A stretch of 53,090 nucleotides of DNA, counting the filler, from Sphacelaria rigidula (taxonomy: Eukaryota), in NCBI GenBank assembly GCA_964200075.2. It is 4 parts of 4 records of this genome, joined end to end, with 100 filler letters (N's around TTAATTAATTAA, not from the genome) between each part and the next. Parts side by side here need not be neighbours in the genome. Positions count along the whole stretch, not along the records: positions 26,598 to 39,794 come from CAXNAA020003074.1; positions 39,895 to 53,090 come from CAXNAA020003075.1; 2 more parts are not named here. One strand, given 5' to 3'. The position numbers and the translations under genes are program-made. The notes under the pieces are model-generated. The model did no database searches. It was given only the letters and a program-made list of their open reading frames with translations, and was not told the origin of the DNA. Shown here piece by piece: positions 35,037 through 47,493 of this stretch (position 1 is the first letter of the stretch; each line of letters begins with the position of its first letter).

Positions 35037-36495
35037 TAACTCACCGTTCCGATGACGTTCAGCAGTAGATGGACGATGGCCCGTGAACTGAACAAGCAAC
35101 TTCAGAAGAAGAAAAATTGAGTCGGTGCTGCTGTTGAAATTTTTTGGGCGAGAAGAGCGCTTCAGTGTTGTCGTGTCTCATACCTCGTGGTTGAAACCTC
35201 TGTTCTTCGCCTGTCGTCTACGAGGACAACCAAAAAAAAGGTGAACTCCGGCTTGGGTTTCGCGTCGTACATGTATTTTTCTGTCACACCGCATGATTAT
35301 AGGAAGAAGGACTGAACTGTTATTGTACTGTTATAGAAGCGAAACGAAACACTTGCCCCGAATTGCGCATGAACGTATTGGTCCGGCTAGGCGCTCATCT
35401 CATCTCTTTACCGAAGCGTCACTATTCTGATGTGCGTGCGCGTCTTGATTCCGATGTGTTGGTCGTCTCTTTTTTTTTTTCGTTGCTGAAATGTTTCACT
35501 CTATGTTTTCATTTCTTGGAAATGTTTTTTTTTCTTTCCGTGGTTCGCTGCAGGACAATTGCTCGACGCACTCTTGGCCCAAGTTTGAAGGGAGATGGAA
35601 CCTAATCTTGCATTTCTTTTGCCTCTGGCGGCACTTCCAGCGAGCCCCCTCCCCCTCAACAGCCGAGAGAGGGTGCATTTGTTTGTGCTAGCGCCCCCGA
35701 GGCTCGAGACTGTTGGCGCCTAAAAGGGTGCCACCACCGATATTATCGCGCCATATATCGGCTGCGGCGACCTGAGAAATTGATAATGTCTGAGTCGGTC
35801 TAACTCACCGCTGGAGAGGTGGGACGAGCCTGAACAGAGGTCACGACCATCAGCCAGTATCACTGAATATTTATCCTCCTTTCCGATGCCGGGGCCTCAG
35901 AATCCGACAAATTTACGTCTGAGTGCAGCATATCGTGTGTGGTAGCCACGTGCAAACCGCAAAGCACCATCAGACAACCTTAGACGAGGCACGCGGCGAT
36001 GTTGCGAGCGCGCTGCGCCCAGCTCACCTCACCAGGCGGACGCTACCTACCCACGCGGCGGTTCATGGCATGCCCCCATCGTCATCATGAGTGATGATGT
36101 TTGCCGGGCACCACCGATCCCGCGGTCTATGAACGCGGTGCTGTACGTTGATAACCTCACATTAGCTGATTGCAACAATCCAGCCCATGGTCAGGAGCAA
36201 GAAAACATTCTGACCAGCCCAACAAACATTTTCAACAGTAAGGTTTTGGGGGGTAGTGCTGCTTTTGCCCGTAGAAGCGTAACGCACCGCCGAACGCAAT
36301 ACGATACTTTCTCAAACCGCGGGATTGTTTGTTAGCCTGGCTCTCCATCTCGTGGTGACCTATGACGCACGCCCGTCCTCTCGCGGAGGCGGCTGATGTG
36401 TCCTGGGTACGATGTGTGTCGAGGCACCAAGGAGTTTGCCTGATCATCTTACGCAACCCACGACACATTTGGTCGCGGACGAAACAAGTGTAATG

Positions 36496-36905
36496 TGTAC
36501 AGGTGATTTCTTGCTAGACTCTTGTGGGAATTTGTCCCTTTTATGTGGTGGTTTTCACATCACTTCCCCCCCCCCTTCATGAACCCCTCAGAGGTTTTGT
36601 AGGAGTAGTAACCATTTATGCCGATTATAGTGGTTGGATTCTTGCCTCCTAATTCACATATCTTCTGCATGTGTTGCGTCATCCACAATCATCGCCGCAG
36701 GAGATTTTTTGTGGATTTTGAACTCTGCTTCAGAGGGTATCAACCATTTTTTGGCTCCCACCATTTTGGTGGGATCCGGGATCTGGACCCGGGACCTTCT
36801 GTTTGTGAAGCGTACGAGCTATCTCACTGGTGTCGCCAATCTGAAAAGGTGATTGCTTGACAGACGCTTGTGGGAATTCGTCCCTTCCATGTGGTCGTTC
36901 CCGCA
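36496..36905 (-). mobile_element. TRIM-like miniature LTR retroelement with tRNA-like core
   Basis: 64-bp TG...CA direct repeats (36842-36905, 36496-36559; 46/56 identical in core); TGGCGAC PBS-like 3 nt inside the 5' repeat; G10 purine tract just before the 3' repeat; flanks GTAATG / GTAACA. Confidence 0.7.
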
Positions 36906-37004
36906 GTAACATGTATATATACATATGTGTACATACAGCAAATACATACACGTAGCCTAGACCGGCGACGAAAACCACGCTTTCCAAACCGCAAGGTTTC
37001 TCAG

Positions 37005-37031
37005 AGTTAGCACTCGCGGGAATATTCCAAG
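37005..37031 (+). CDS. TMCO1: TMCO1, tentative upstream exon (LALAGIFQ)
   Basis: Donor CAAG|GTATGC in the phase needed to give LALAGIFQAFGWYMVYR (TM1-like); 5' boundary and start codon not identified. Confidence 0.4.
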
Positions 37032-37367
37032 GTATGCACTAGTACACCACAGCTCGACAATGATGGGGGGTTCGTGTTCAGTAAAAGTAGACACAGAAAA
37101 GAGGAATACCTGAATTGCAACAAGTTAGGATAATTATCTTGCGCGTAACTTCCTGTGTTTTTTGTTTTCATCCAATTTGCATGATGGGAGCATCAACAAG
37201 TTAACTGCATGAGAATAAATATGAGCCTGATGGTCTTTACCATCTCAGCTCTCGAATGTCATATTGAGCGTGATACTCCGGTATCCTCTGCCCACTCCCC
37301 CGAAGTGATCACACGCTGTCTGATTTGGTGCTCTTGTTTGTTTCGGCCCCCGCCTTGCCGCCGTCAG

Positions 37368-37445
37368 CGTTCGGGTGGTACATGGTGTACCGAAAGCCCG
37401 AGTACCAGAGGCTCAAGAGGCAGATCGAAAATAGGGCCAAAGAAC
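37368..37445 (+). CDS. TMCO1: TMCO1 (ER Oxa1-superfamily insertase / Ca2+ load-activated channel) exon
   Basis: cgtcag|...|gtgagt; FGWYMVYRKPEYQRLKRQIENRAKE compared with human ITWVLVYRTDKYKRLKAEVEKQSKK. Confidence 0.9.
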
Positions 37446-38153
37446 GTGAGTTTGTGCCTGGTGGGAGTAAGTAGATCACGTCGAATGTTGAGTTTCTGCG
37501 CGCGCGGGGGGTGGGGGGGGGCAGGGGAGGGAGTTAAATGTATGTCAGTGTCGGTGGTGAAACAGGTTCACGAACACTAGTTTCGGCGGAGTATGTGGGC
37601 TTGAATCTTCACAGAAGATAATTTTCGGCCTTTTTTTTATTCTCTTGTCTCTGGGACTCTTGTCCGAGGGCTCAAGTAAGTGAAACGGCAAATACATGTT
37701 TGATGAAAAGTTGCGGGCTGTGACCGGGCTGTATCATTTGGTCGATGATGAGTTGCAGGGAAGGCCCGGGGGCCGGGGCGGGGGAATAAGGCTGACCCCT
37801 CGGGTATATTATGGTGACTCGTCTTAAGACGGGGGAAATGTTCTTAGACGCATAGGAGAAAGACAAAAAGAGTAACAAAATGAACTCTGTATTGTAGATG
37901 GCATTCGCCTCCTGTGGTCGAAATCAAATGAGATAAATCGACATTTTTTTACTATCACCTGAAAATGTAGCAGTGACAGTCCACCGTAGATCCTGCACCG
38001 TGCGGAGTAGGCCTGTCTGCGTGAAAAAGAAAGCCTTGGCGAATGAGGAACAATGTTGCCCCCCGTAAAACATGATATCTTCGTTGTAGTCCACGTTCTC
38101 ACGTTCGATCGTTTTTTTTTTTTTCGCGCTGCTCTCTCTCTCTCTCTCTTCAG

Positions 38154-38340
38154 TAGACAAGAAAAAGGCCGAGTTGCTGTTGATGGAAACCGAAAAAAAG
38201 CGAGAGAAGGTTCGGCGCGACGTGGGGCGACTCGAGAAGAACTTGGCAGACTTGTCGAAGGACCTACAGGGAATGGCCACGCCTTCGAAACTCTTCGTGT
38301 CCTTTCTGGTCATGGCAATCATGTTTGTCGTTAACCGCAC
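38154..38340 (+). CDS. TMCO1: TMCO1 exon (coiled coil and TM2)
   Basis: Polypyrimidine + cag (NAGNAG cagTAG), donor gtgaga; LDKKKAELLL...LEKNLADLSKDLQGMATPSKLFVSFLVMAIMFVVNR; phases match both neighbours. Confidence 0.9.
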
Positions 38341-38733
38341 GTGAGAATCTGAGATGAACGCGAAGAGATGGCAGTGTCATCGGCCAAGGGCGTGCATGTA
38401 CCGGGTCGCGCACACAATACATGTACGACCTCGCGGTTCCCAGTGATGGGCTACGCCTGCAGGAATCGGGTTACGCACACCAACCGACCCACAGAGCAAC
38501 CCCCACGCTATTACGCTCGGACCGCGCGGGTCGCCCCGCTCGACGTCAAGTTGTTCCATGATGACGACATGTGCAACGATGTAAAAAAAGCGTGGGTTTG
38601 ATGCTCTATTGTATGTACAGGGTTGACCGTACTGTAGCCGGTAGTGTCGCGATGCTTTTGTTCTAATTGTGAGATGACTTTACATGGCGTAATTAACATG
38701 TGTACCCCCTTCATCGTGAAATGGCCGTTACAG

Positions 38734-38839
38734 GTTTACGGGGCTCATCGTAGCAAAGCTACCGTTTGTGCCCTTCTCTCTGGTTCAACGGCTCAGCCAC
38801 CGGGGACTCGCGGGGGATGACCCAACAGACTGCTCGGTG
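38734..38839 (+). CDS. TMCO1: TMCO1 exon; final exon not found before contig end
   Basis: ttacag|...|gtgagt; FTGLIVAKLPFVPFSLVQRLSHRGLAGDDPTDCSV compared with human FDGRVVAKLPFTPLSYIQGLSHRNLLGDDTTDCSF. Confidence 0.95.
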
Positions 38840-39794
38840 GTGAGTCAGGACAGTGTGCAAAATTGTTGCTTTTTCCACAGGACAAAATATTGTTTTTGAG
38901 TAGGAGTATGTGCGCTCGAGGGCTACATGAAAATCATTAGGGATGCTGAGTCGTGTCCTTTCGCGTTATTTTTTCCCCTTTTTTTAGAGCCATCTATGGT
39001 TCTCGCGCTGGATCGCGAAATATACCGTGAATCTCTGGAGTCCAAGGGACGTGCGCGGGGCGCAAAATAAGTAGTCGGCTGGAAAACAGGAAAAGTTGAG
39101 GCCAATTTGTTTTCGGTTTCTTTCAATTTCCAGTGTTGAAGATGAAGAAAATGGCGAAAATGAATCAATGCTTAGGTAATGCACGTATGTCTCACGAAGG
39201 ATACATCGACGGTGGACTGGCAGTACCTGTAGGTCTATATTAACTCGTCAAGACCTCGACTTTCAGTCGAACCTATTTTCGGGCAGTGGGTCGCCGTATC
39301 ACATGCGCGTCAGCGTACCCAACTCGAATGATTCGGCCTAAATCCTGAATTACGTGCTGTTTTTTTTTCTTCTTTTTTTAACGCCCCCATGTGACAGCGC
39401 TTTCGAGACCCCAAGTCTTTGGGTTATGGTATTGATGAAAAGTTGAGGACCTTGGCTTTCACACGGGCTGTGGTGGAGAATATTCTGACACGTCTTGTGG
39501 TCAAGTAGTAGCCTCAGCGCTGGATCATTTCGATAAGAGTGCTCTCACGAGAATTTCCCCACAAAGTGCAAGAAGACGTCCATTTCGGGGAGTCTATCGT
39601 TTTTCTGCAAAACAAGAAAGTGGTCAATGATTTCGAAAGCTAAAAGCCTATCATCACGCCGGTCGATATATCCCATCAGAAACGAGTGAATCAACCCCCC
39701 CCCCCCCGCCCCCCGTCCCGCGAAAACCCCGCCGGCCCCCTCCCCCCCCTGGCCGGGCGGGGCCCCCAACAACCGCTCCAAGCCGGGCGTGTAT

Positions 39795-39894
39795 NNNNNN
39801 NNNNNNNNNNNNNNNNNNNNNNNNNNNNNNNNNNNNNNTTAATTAATTAANNNNNNNNNNNNNNNNNNNNNNNNNNNNNNNNNNNNNNNNNNNN
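39795..39894. other. Artificial contig spacer
   Basis: N44-TTAATTAATTAA-N44. Confidence 0.99.
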
Positions 39895-41204
39895 TTGGAC
39901 CAGCGGTCAACTTTTTCCTCCCTTCCGGGCAATCAGGCAGAAGAAATCGTGAATTGGGTGATTTGGAGTCGTGATGATTTGTCCTAATCGTGAATATTTC
40001 TCCTCTACCCACCGAGTCGAATGTGGTACTAGAGACTAGGGAAATTTCTTAGTCACAGGTTGTGTTGTCCGTCGATACTCCTGGGCGCTGTCGAAATCAA
40101 ACGTTGCCCGCTGTGACAGTCACGTAGGTATGACGGACAGCGTTCACACCGCTACGAGAGATTATGGAGTCCTGGATGCTTGTTATTCGCGTGTTTTGTC
40201 AGGAACAATTTTCCTGACGATGTCACAACATATTATGCCGCATCGAAATATATCGAGAATCGAATTCAGCGTCACGTGCGTACGACTTGAGGTTTGGAAG
40301 AAGAGCCGTACCCATCGAAATGCCAAGTGGTGACCAAGTAACCACGATGCATCATGTGATGGAGGTGATGGCACAGATCATAATTTTCCTTGTCACATCC
40401 ATGAGTCACGAGCCCAGACAAAGACGCGGGCACACAGCTACCCGACTGGTGTCCTTACGCCTTCACTAGCGAATAGGCGTTCATGTGTTATATCACCCTT
40501 CATGTTATCACCGGCAGCAGCGTTGGGCGGCACTATGCGATAATATGTCAGTATAGTACGTGTAGAGCACTATGCGTGTGTTACATGTGTGACATGCCAA
40601 GCATTGCAGAAATGAGTTACAGTGAGCCGCTGAATCGATGAAGACTCGGAGAGGGGAAATGGTGAAAGGATCAACGATCGCATGACTCACTTTCAACCAT
40701 CAGCACCACGCGAGGAGGCATGATGCCTCACGAGGCGAACTCATCGTCGTTGTTCAATTTCAGCCGATTGGCGTGAGAAACAGGAAGGCAGAGGGCTTCC
40801 TCGTTGTTCATCTCTCGTATGTCGACTACGGGCGACGTCACGAACCACATGAAAACAGGCGAAATCTCATGTCAGGATACTCGCGAAGTTCCCTGCAAGT
40901 GTAGATGGATGGACAACGAGATCCCACCAGCAACGTCCGCGCGGTACAACATATGCTGCACCAAAGGGAAGTCAAATTCCATCCTCGCCATGCTGTGTAG
41001 CTACTGGAAAAGTCACAGGTCACAGACAGTGGATCGCGTGCGGAGTGCAGAAATGGAGCCCGGAGGCAGGCGGAAAAGCAATGCAGCTTTCGCCAGAAAC
41101 CAGACGGTCACAAGTGTGTTTCGAGTTTTTTTTTCAGCCACGTCCACTACAGAGTCTTGACCAAGACTCCACTAGAAAACAGTGGGCATCTGCCGCCGGC
41201 GAGT

Positions 41205-41227
41205 TTAGTAGTCGCCAGTGCCCTCCT
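41205..41227 (-). CDS. RPLP1: 60S acidic ribosomal protein P1, exon 3
   Basis: gagcag|AG GAG GGC ACT GGC GAC TAC TAA completes phase-1 exon 2 to give ...MFGGEEGTGDY*. Confidence 0.8.
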
Positions 41228-44023
41228 CTGCTCGACATACATCAACCAGCACCGGTAACAGGCAACGAAGAACAATGGGAGGGAATAGAGACGAGGGCTT
41301 GTTGATCATCACGAGTGTATCATCGTTCACTCCGACTGCGGAGAAAATGTAGTCAATTTGGATCAAGTTCATGTACACCAAGCTAGTCCTCGGGAGTTGT
41401 ACACGCGGGGGGTTCTCGACGATGCATGTCTATTCGGCAACTTATTGTTGGTGTCATCGTGAGTGCAGAAGAGTTTATTTTATTGCTCCGATATCGTGCC
41501 CAACTACCCCGGACTCCGAGAATGGAGGCGTCACCGAAATACGGCATACGCCGGCATATGACATACTCTTGTTTCGGCCAAGGCTCAGAATCATATCGTA
41601 AACGTTACCATGAGCATCAGTTCTTTCGCGATACCTGCTCTTCTCACCCAGCGTTGGCTTCGATCACTTCTTGCGTCTCCATTCTTTATTACCATGGTGT
41701 TTGTTCCGCTTTCCTTCATGGATGCAACTTGACCTTCACTAATGAACGCATCTCTTATCAACAAAGCTTGTGGGCCTTGTCAAATCATCAACTGCTCTCT
41801 TCGACAATGCCATCACTTGCCGACAAGAAGCCGGCATCAGGAACATAACTTGGGGTCTACGTGCCCGTAACGGAAAACTCCGCGCAGAGTAAATTTGGTG
41901 TACTCAATAAATCCAAGCCACGCATCCGATACCGTCGTCTTGTGCACTTGGAAGGGTGATAAAAGCTCCAAGTGTACCAAAAAAACGGTGATGATCTTAT
42001 GCATAACATATGGCGCATATCTCCAGATATACGTGAAGTTCACCGACGATACACAGCAATATGTTCGACACAAGTGATCGCGTCTTTATTTGGTCGATTG
42101 TCGCACATGAAGTCTTTACTAGGGTGAGAACCGTCGTCACAAGATACACGTCCCTAAAGTTGAGACAAAAACGTTCGCTAAAAACGGGGGGGAAATCCTG
42201 AGACAAAAAAAATGTGACGAGCAAACAGAGGTCATCATCAGTTCAAGGTGCCAATTGGGGTTGGGTCACAGATAAGCTCCCCACGGACAAGCGGAGTCTA
42301 GGGTAAGGTTGACTTAACACGACTCGTCTCGATGTAGACAGAGAATGAGACGAAGCGATCTTTAGCAGTCCACCCTTGTATAGTGCCCGCGTTCCCTTCA
42401 TTCATGAGGACAATGAAACTCGCCGGTTCTTCCTCGTATGGGGATTTTTTTTGCGGGCAACATCTCAGCACCGTTCATCCAGAAACTTCTTCACAATCAG
42501 AAAGCTCATGAGAACTATCTCCAGATTTCTAACAACCTATTATTTTTCGGTGGGCCCGGACCGCGCACGTCTTCGTCGGGAAGCTTTTCGCTATAATTTC
42601 GTTCGGCAAATATTCGGAAACCAGTGTTGTCGCTGCATCAAGGACGAATACTCGAACGTCTCGAGGGTGTTTGGTTTTTTCCAATCTTTCGTGTGCGTTG
42701 AGTGTTGATGGAAATACTCAACAAGGCAAACGCACGCATCTTCGTCTTCAACTCAGGGTGAGCGTGACAAAGCGTTTTGTGATCGAAACCGATGGAAGCA
42801 ACTTTAGATTATGTTCATCCAGGGTCACGGACAAAAAGAACCCTAGGGCATCTTGCCGGATTGTATTTTGTTCAAGCTACCCAGCGTCCGCGTCACAGCC
42901 GACGGGGTGTGCCCAGCTTTTTCCGTCGCCTAATTGACAAAGTGGACAGCTTCACGGACATGGCAGTAGTAGCTCTACGGGAGTTTGTTGTGTCGACCCA
43001 TGCAGCTCCAAGCTGTGCAGGGAGCGTATCACCGGCCTTGTCATTGAGGGTTCGGAACAGTTACAGTAATGAAAAACACAGCGCAAACTACACGAAGGTA
43101 GGGAAGTCTGCTCGCACCGAGCGGTTGTCGCGCATCACAGTGATCGAGTACAAACAGTGTAGAGTGCAGTACCGTACCGTACCGTACACTCATTTTGGGT
43201 GGATGGAGACCACGATCACCAATGACTATGCCACCGCCATGTGTAGTGTGGCATGAACTGATGATTTGATAAGCCATAGCCTATACGGGCGCGCTGCTGA
43301 GAGTCCTGGCAGCAGATAGGCGAGGCCCCAAAACTACATGTAGCGTGCTGAAACATGGACATGAAATGCTGTACTTGCCGTGCTCGACAAAAACGTTAGA
43401 GTTTCGGCCCGATATAGCGCCCAAGGGTCATGAAACAGCCAGTCACGTATGGAATGGCCATACTCCGAATGTCCGCGGCACTTCATTTCGTCTTCGCCTC
43501 CAATTACCCGTCTTTCTCGGGATGACTACGTGATTTCATGACATCAGTAAATCTTTTCCTGATATTCGTCTCGCGAATTTGTTATCGCGGGTTAGACCGG
43601 CACTCCCGGAACCGTGTCAACTGCCGTTTCACAAACTCAACAGAACGTCCAATCACAGGACTGTCAAGTCGTATTCTCGGAACGGAGAGCCTTGAGCACT
43701 ACAAAAAAGTCAAGACTCCGAATACCGTGTCTTTTCATCTGTTTTTCATTATATACCATAATATCGCTGACGACGCATTTCACCGTGCTTACAATATATA
43801 TACACTTCTTACATCCGTTGGAACTAGTAACACTTGAACGCCGAAATCATCACGGGCAGGACGCGAGTACTCGACTCCATCGGCCGACACGAGAAAAAAG
43901 CGGGAGATTCGGGCCCCAAACAACGTTTCTATGATGTTTTGCAAGCCGATGGCAAAGGGCATTATTTACAGCGCACATGATGTGACCTCCCGAGCAGCCA
44001 AACCACGAGGATTGGACACTTAC

Positions 44024-44297
44024 CACCGCCAAACATGTCCATGCCGCCTCCCATGTCAATTTCTTCCTCCTCTTCCTCCTCCTTCTTCTCCTCCTCGGCA
44101 GGTGCCGCATCGCCGCTGTCACCGCCATCACCGCCCCCGCCGCCTCCGCCGCCTCCACCGCCGCTGCTGGCCGACAGGATGAGCTCCTCGATACCAGCCT
44201 TAGCAATGAAGCTGGAGAAGAGGGTGGGCCAGTAGGCCTCCACCTCGTTGCCGGTGGCTGTGATCAGGGTGCTGAGCTGATCACTCGTGATTTCGGC
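44024..44297 (-). CDS. RPLP1: 60S acidic ribosomal protein P1, exon 2
   Basis: caccag|GCC...GGT G|gtaagt; AEITSDQLSTLITATGNEVEAYWPTLF (P1 signature VExYWPxLF), Gly hinge, acidic tail. Confidence 0.95.
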
Positions 44298-44726
44298 CTG
44301 GTGGACATTGTGCATGTCGTGATTGGAGTCAGTGACGTGCGAGAGAGGGGGGGGGCATGGGTATGCTACAGTAAGTCAAGTCAACGTAACCGCTTTTTCC
44401 AAGGGACATACGCGATCGTCAAAGCCACGTTCAGAGATCTTCGAGTTCAACACGAAGATAAACTCATTTAGGGCCCAAAATAAAATAGACCGTGCATGGT
44501 AGAAAATAATCAAGTTTAGTAAACTTGGATTTGGGAAGGGGTGGGATGGTGGTGCAGGTCACTAGGAAACCGCCGTCACCAGTGGGTGGTTCCTACCGTG
44601 ATTGTGGGGGTGGTATCCACAGTTTGGGGCTACACCGTCCGAATGGGACTAATACTGGATAATCCAAGGGTATTTCCTGAGAATTTCAACGAATTTGTCG
44701 CTGCTCAAAACAGACAAAAGTGAAAA

Positions 44727-45131
44727 ATCTGGAAAAAAGCCTTTATGGAGCGTCGATGTCGTTGTCCTTCAAGGGAGCTAGGCGGAGTTCGACACCTTGG
44801 GATGACTTGTTTTACCAGTTGAGGCGGTTCCAGGACATCTTCCCGTTTTTTTGGCCACAGTTTTCACTTCGGTCACGCAAAAAAAATTGTTCGAGACCTA
44901 TCAAGTCCAGAGGAAAATGGCGATTTTTTACGGATTTGACCGTTTTTGACCGTTCTTGCACGAAAAAAATCTCATGTGGCCAAAATGAAAACTGCGGTCA
45001 CCGGAGAACGGAAAGATGTCCTGCAACCGCCTCGACGAGTAGAGCAAGCCATTCGAAAGGTTCGAACTCCGTCAAGCTCAATTTTCGGGCGTAAAACGAC
45101 TTGGGAGATCCAAAAAAGCACTTTTCCAGAT
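44727..45131. mobile_element. ~400-bp foldback/MITE palindrome in RPLP1 intron 1
   Basis: ATCTGGAAAA...GGAGTTCGA...GAGGCGGTTCCAGGACATCTT mirrored by AAGATGTCCTGCAACCGCCTC...TCGAACTCC...TTTTCCAGAT; centre ~44920. Confidence 0.8.
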
Positions 45132-47305
45132 GTAATTCCCATCACTTAGAAGCAACAGCCTTTTCGAAGGAATATATATATTTGGTATACTTGTATCAGG
45201 GGATATAATGTACGCATCCCCCCAAAAAAACGGTGTCATATGGGTGATATCTTCCATGCCGACATGTCACACACGAATAGTGCCGCATCCAAACGAGCGA
45301 ACGCATCGACAGAACGTGCGAGCGATGAAGTGTTATTCTTCAACTCCCCGCGCTTTTCCCCACCCCGGACTTGCCCCCGAATGTGGTTGCTTCATCTCCT
45401 CCACCCAACATGATGGAGGTGTTCTCTACCGTTCCGGCAAATTATATTGGCATCTACACACGAATGAGGGGTGCCCCTGGACATCCGAGAGGCATCATTA
45501 AAACACCCTCACCCTATCCTACCCCTTCACGATCTCTTCCTCCCTCCATTGCTTCCTCGAGGACAAAACCAACGCATCACCTTCCCGAACGATTCCAGCG
45601 GGAAGGAGCGAGACGTCATCCAACATCCCAACCATGTACGATCGGAAAAGTGCATCTTCGGTTGTCCCAACAACTACAGACTCCCCCGGAGATATCCATG
45701 TAGTGTCATCCCCTCCGAGTACGCGAGAGAGTTATGATCTACGGTCAGGGTCTGTTGAATGCGAATGAAGATGGCCCCCAACACGTGGGAGGCTTTGTCA
45801 GAACGTCTTTCCCGTCCCCTACTACTTCATGACTCCTCCCATCCAGCCCCCCGCGCCCTTTCAAGGGGATGGTACCGACACAGTCTCTCCTCGAATAGTC
45901 TCAGCAGGAGAGAGGTGCCGTCCGACGAGCTAGGCATGTGCGGCCGGACATGGATGAATCTGAACAGGTCACCGGCACCAATAAAAAGCCTACGATCTAC
46001 CCTTTTGTGAATAGTGGAAGCTTCCGTTCGTTCGACGGGACAGGAAACACTGCGGGGAAGACTCTCACTGCCCATCCCCTCCGGTATGCGCGCAGGAATA
46101 TGATCTCCCATCAGGGTTATTCATTATCAATGACGACGCCCTGGACACGAGTACTTGGTTACCAGAACATCCCACCTGCTGATTCGAGACCACCCTTTCC
46201 CCCCTCCCCGACGATAACATGAGCGTACTTCCTCCACAGACACCTTCATCCGGAAGGTGCTATTCGACACATCGATCGTTTCTGAGCGGATGATATGATA
46301 CTTTTGAACGCATGATTGGTATGGTCAAAACATTGACATCCTCACCGTGCACCCCTAGAATGGTCGGAAGCACCAGCTTTCGTTGACGACAGGACAAAAC
46401 GGATGATTTCACCCCCGGGGACTGCAACAGTCCCATCTGTGAATAACCATGGGCCCAACGTCCACATGAGAAGTCACTCATGCACTGAGAGTGTCTTCAA
46501 TGTAGTGGGCACATGTCATGCACCAACCTTTCTATCGATCATGAGACCAAGAACGTGCTGGAACAACGGAAAAAAAGAGGGGCAACATCAGCCGACAAGT
46601 TGCTCTCAATTAAAATGAATTAATCAAGTCCCGTCGGTCCTAGCAGAAATTTATCCAGTATTTGCGAACGGGAACTTCACCCTATTCGGCCGCACGGCTT
46701 TTCAGCCGCCACTAGTTCGACGGCGCAGATGCGATTTCCGGCATGCCTTTCTTCACTCCATGTCTCGAATACACCGAATTGGTGACGTGACATGTAACAT
46801 TGTCGTAACCAGTGAAGAAACCGGTGAACGGAGGCAGGATATCGCACAAGGCACCTCGGATTCGACCTCCCTCACCGCCTTTCAAGTCTGAGAACGTCTA
46901 TTTTCTCCGTTCAGATCAGAACGGGCCCGGGAGACTTAAACACGGCTGTGGACGGAGGTCATGTGAATTTTGGAGGTATCAGATAAACAAAATCATGAGA
47001 GGGCACGCAGATTCTGTATATTTCGACAACGTGTGCCGAGTGTTTGGTTTTTTTTATCCTGAGCTCATGCTCGTTGTTTGGTGGCTGCGGTTGGGCAATC
47101 GACCCCAACACCGTCCAATAGACTATATTCCATACTGTACGCAGTACATTTTTCGACCGTGTTTTCTTTTGTCCAGGGTATGTTTCGTTGTACACGAGAT
47201 TTGCGAGGGCGGGTCGTGTGGGGTACACCTGATACTTGGGTATCTTGAAAAGTCGCACGTCACCTGCGGAAGTCAGTCACAATGACCTAGATGTGCTGCA
47301 GAAAA

Positions 47306-47493
47306 TCTCTCGATAAAAATAAAAGGGCGAGCACCGCACAAGCAAGGACAAGGAAGGTGGGGTACTAAAAACAAATAAAAATAGAAGCTCCTGTTTTGAC
47401 ATTCCTCCTGTGTGACCCCGGCTGGTGCGCCCCCACATATACCGAAAGGTGTAAACCGGCACCCAGAATAGATGGGACGACAACACACTCACA
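47306..47493 (+). mobile_element. SINE family D, 5'-truncated copy
   Basis: Matches 22986-23160, including TGTGTGACCCCGGCTGGTGCGCCC and the GAAA hairpin. Confidence 0.85.

Noticed and set aside
39690-39794. C-rich segment (possible G-quadruplex on minus)
   Set aside because: At the contig edge and looks like low-quality sequence after a homopolymer.
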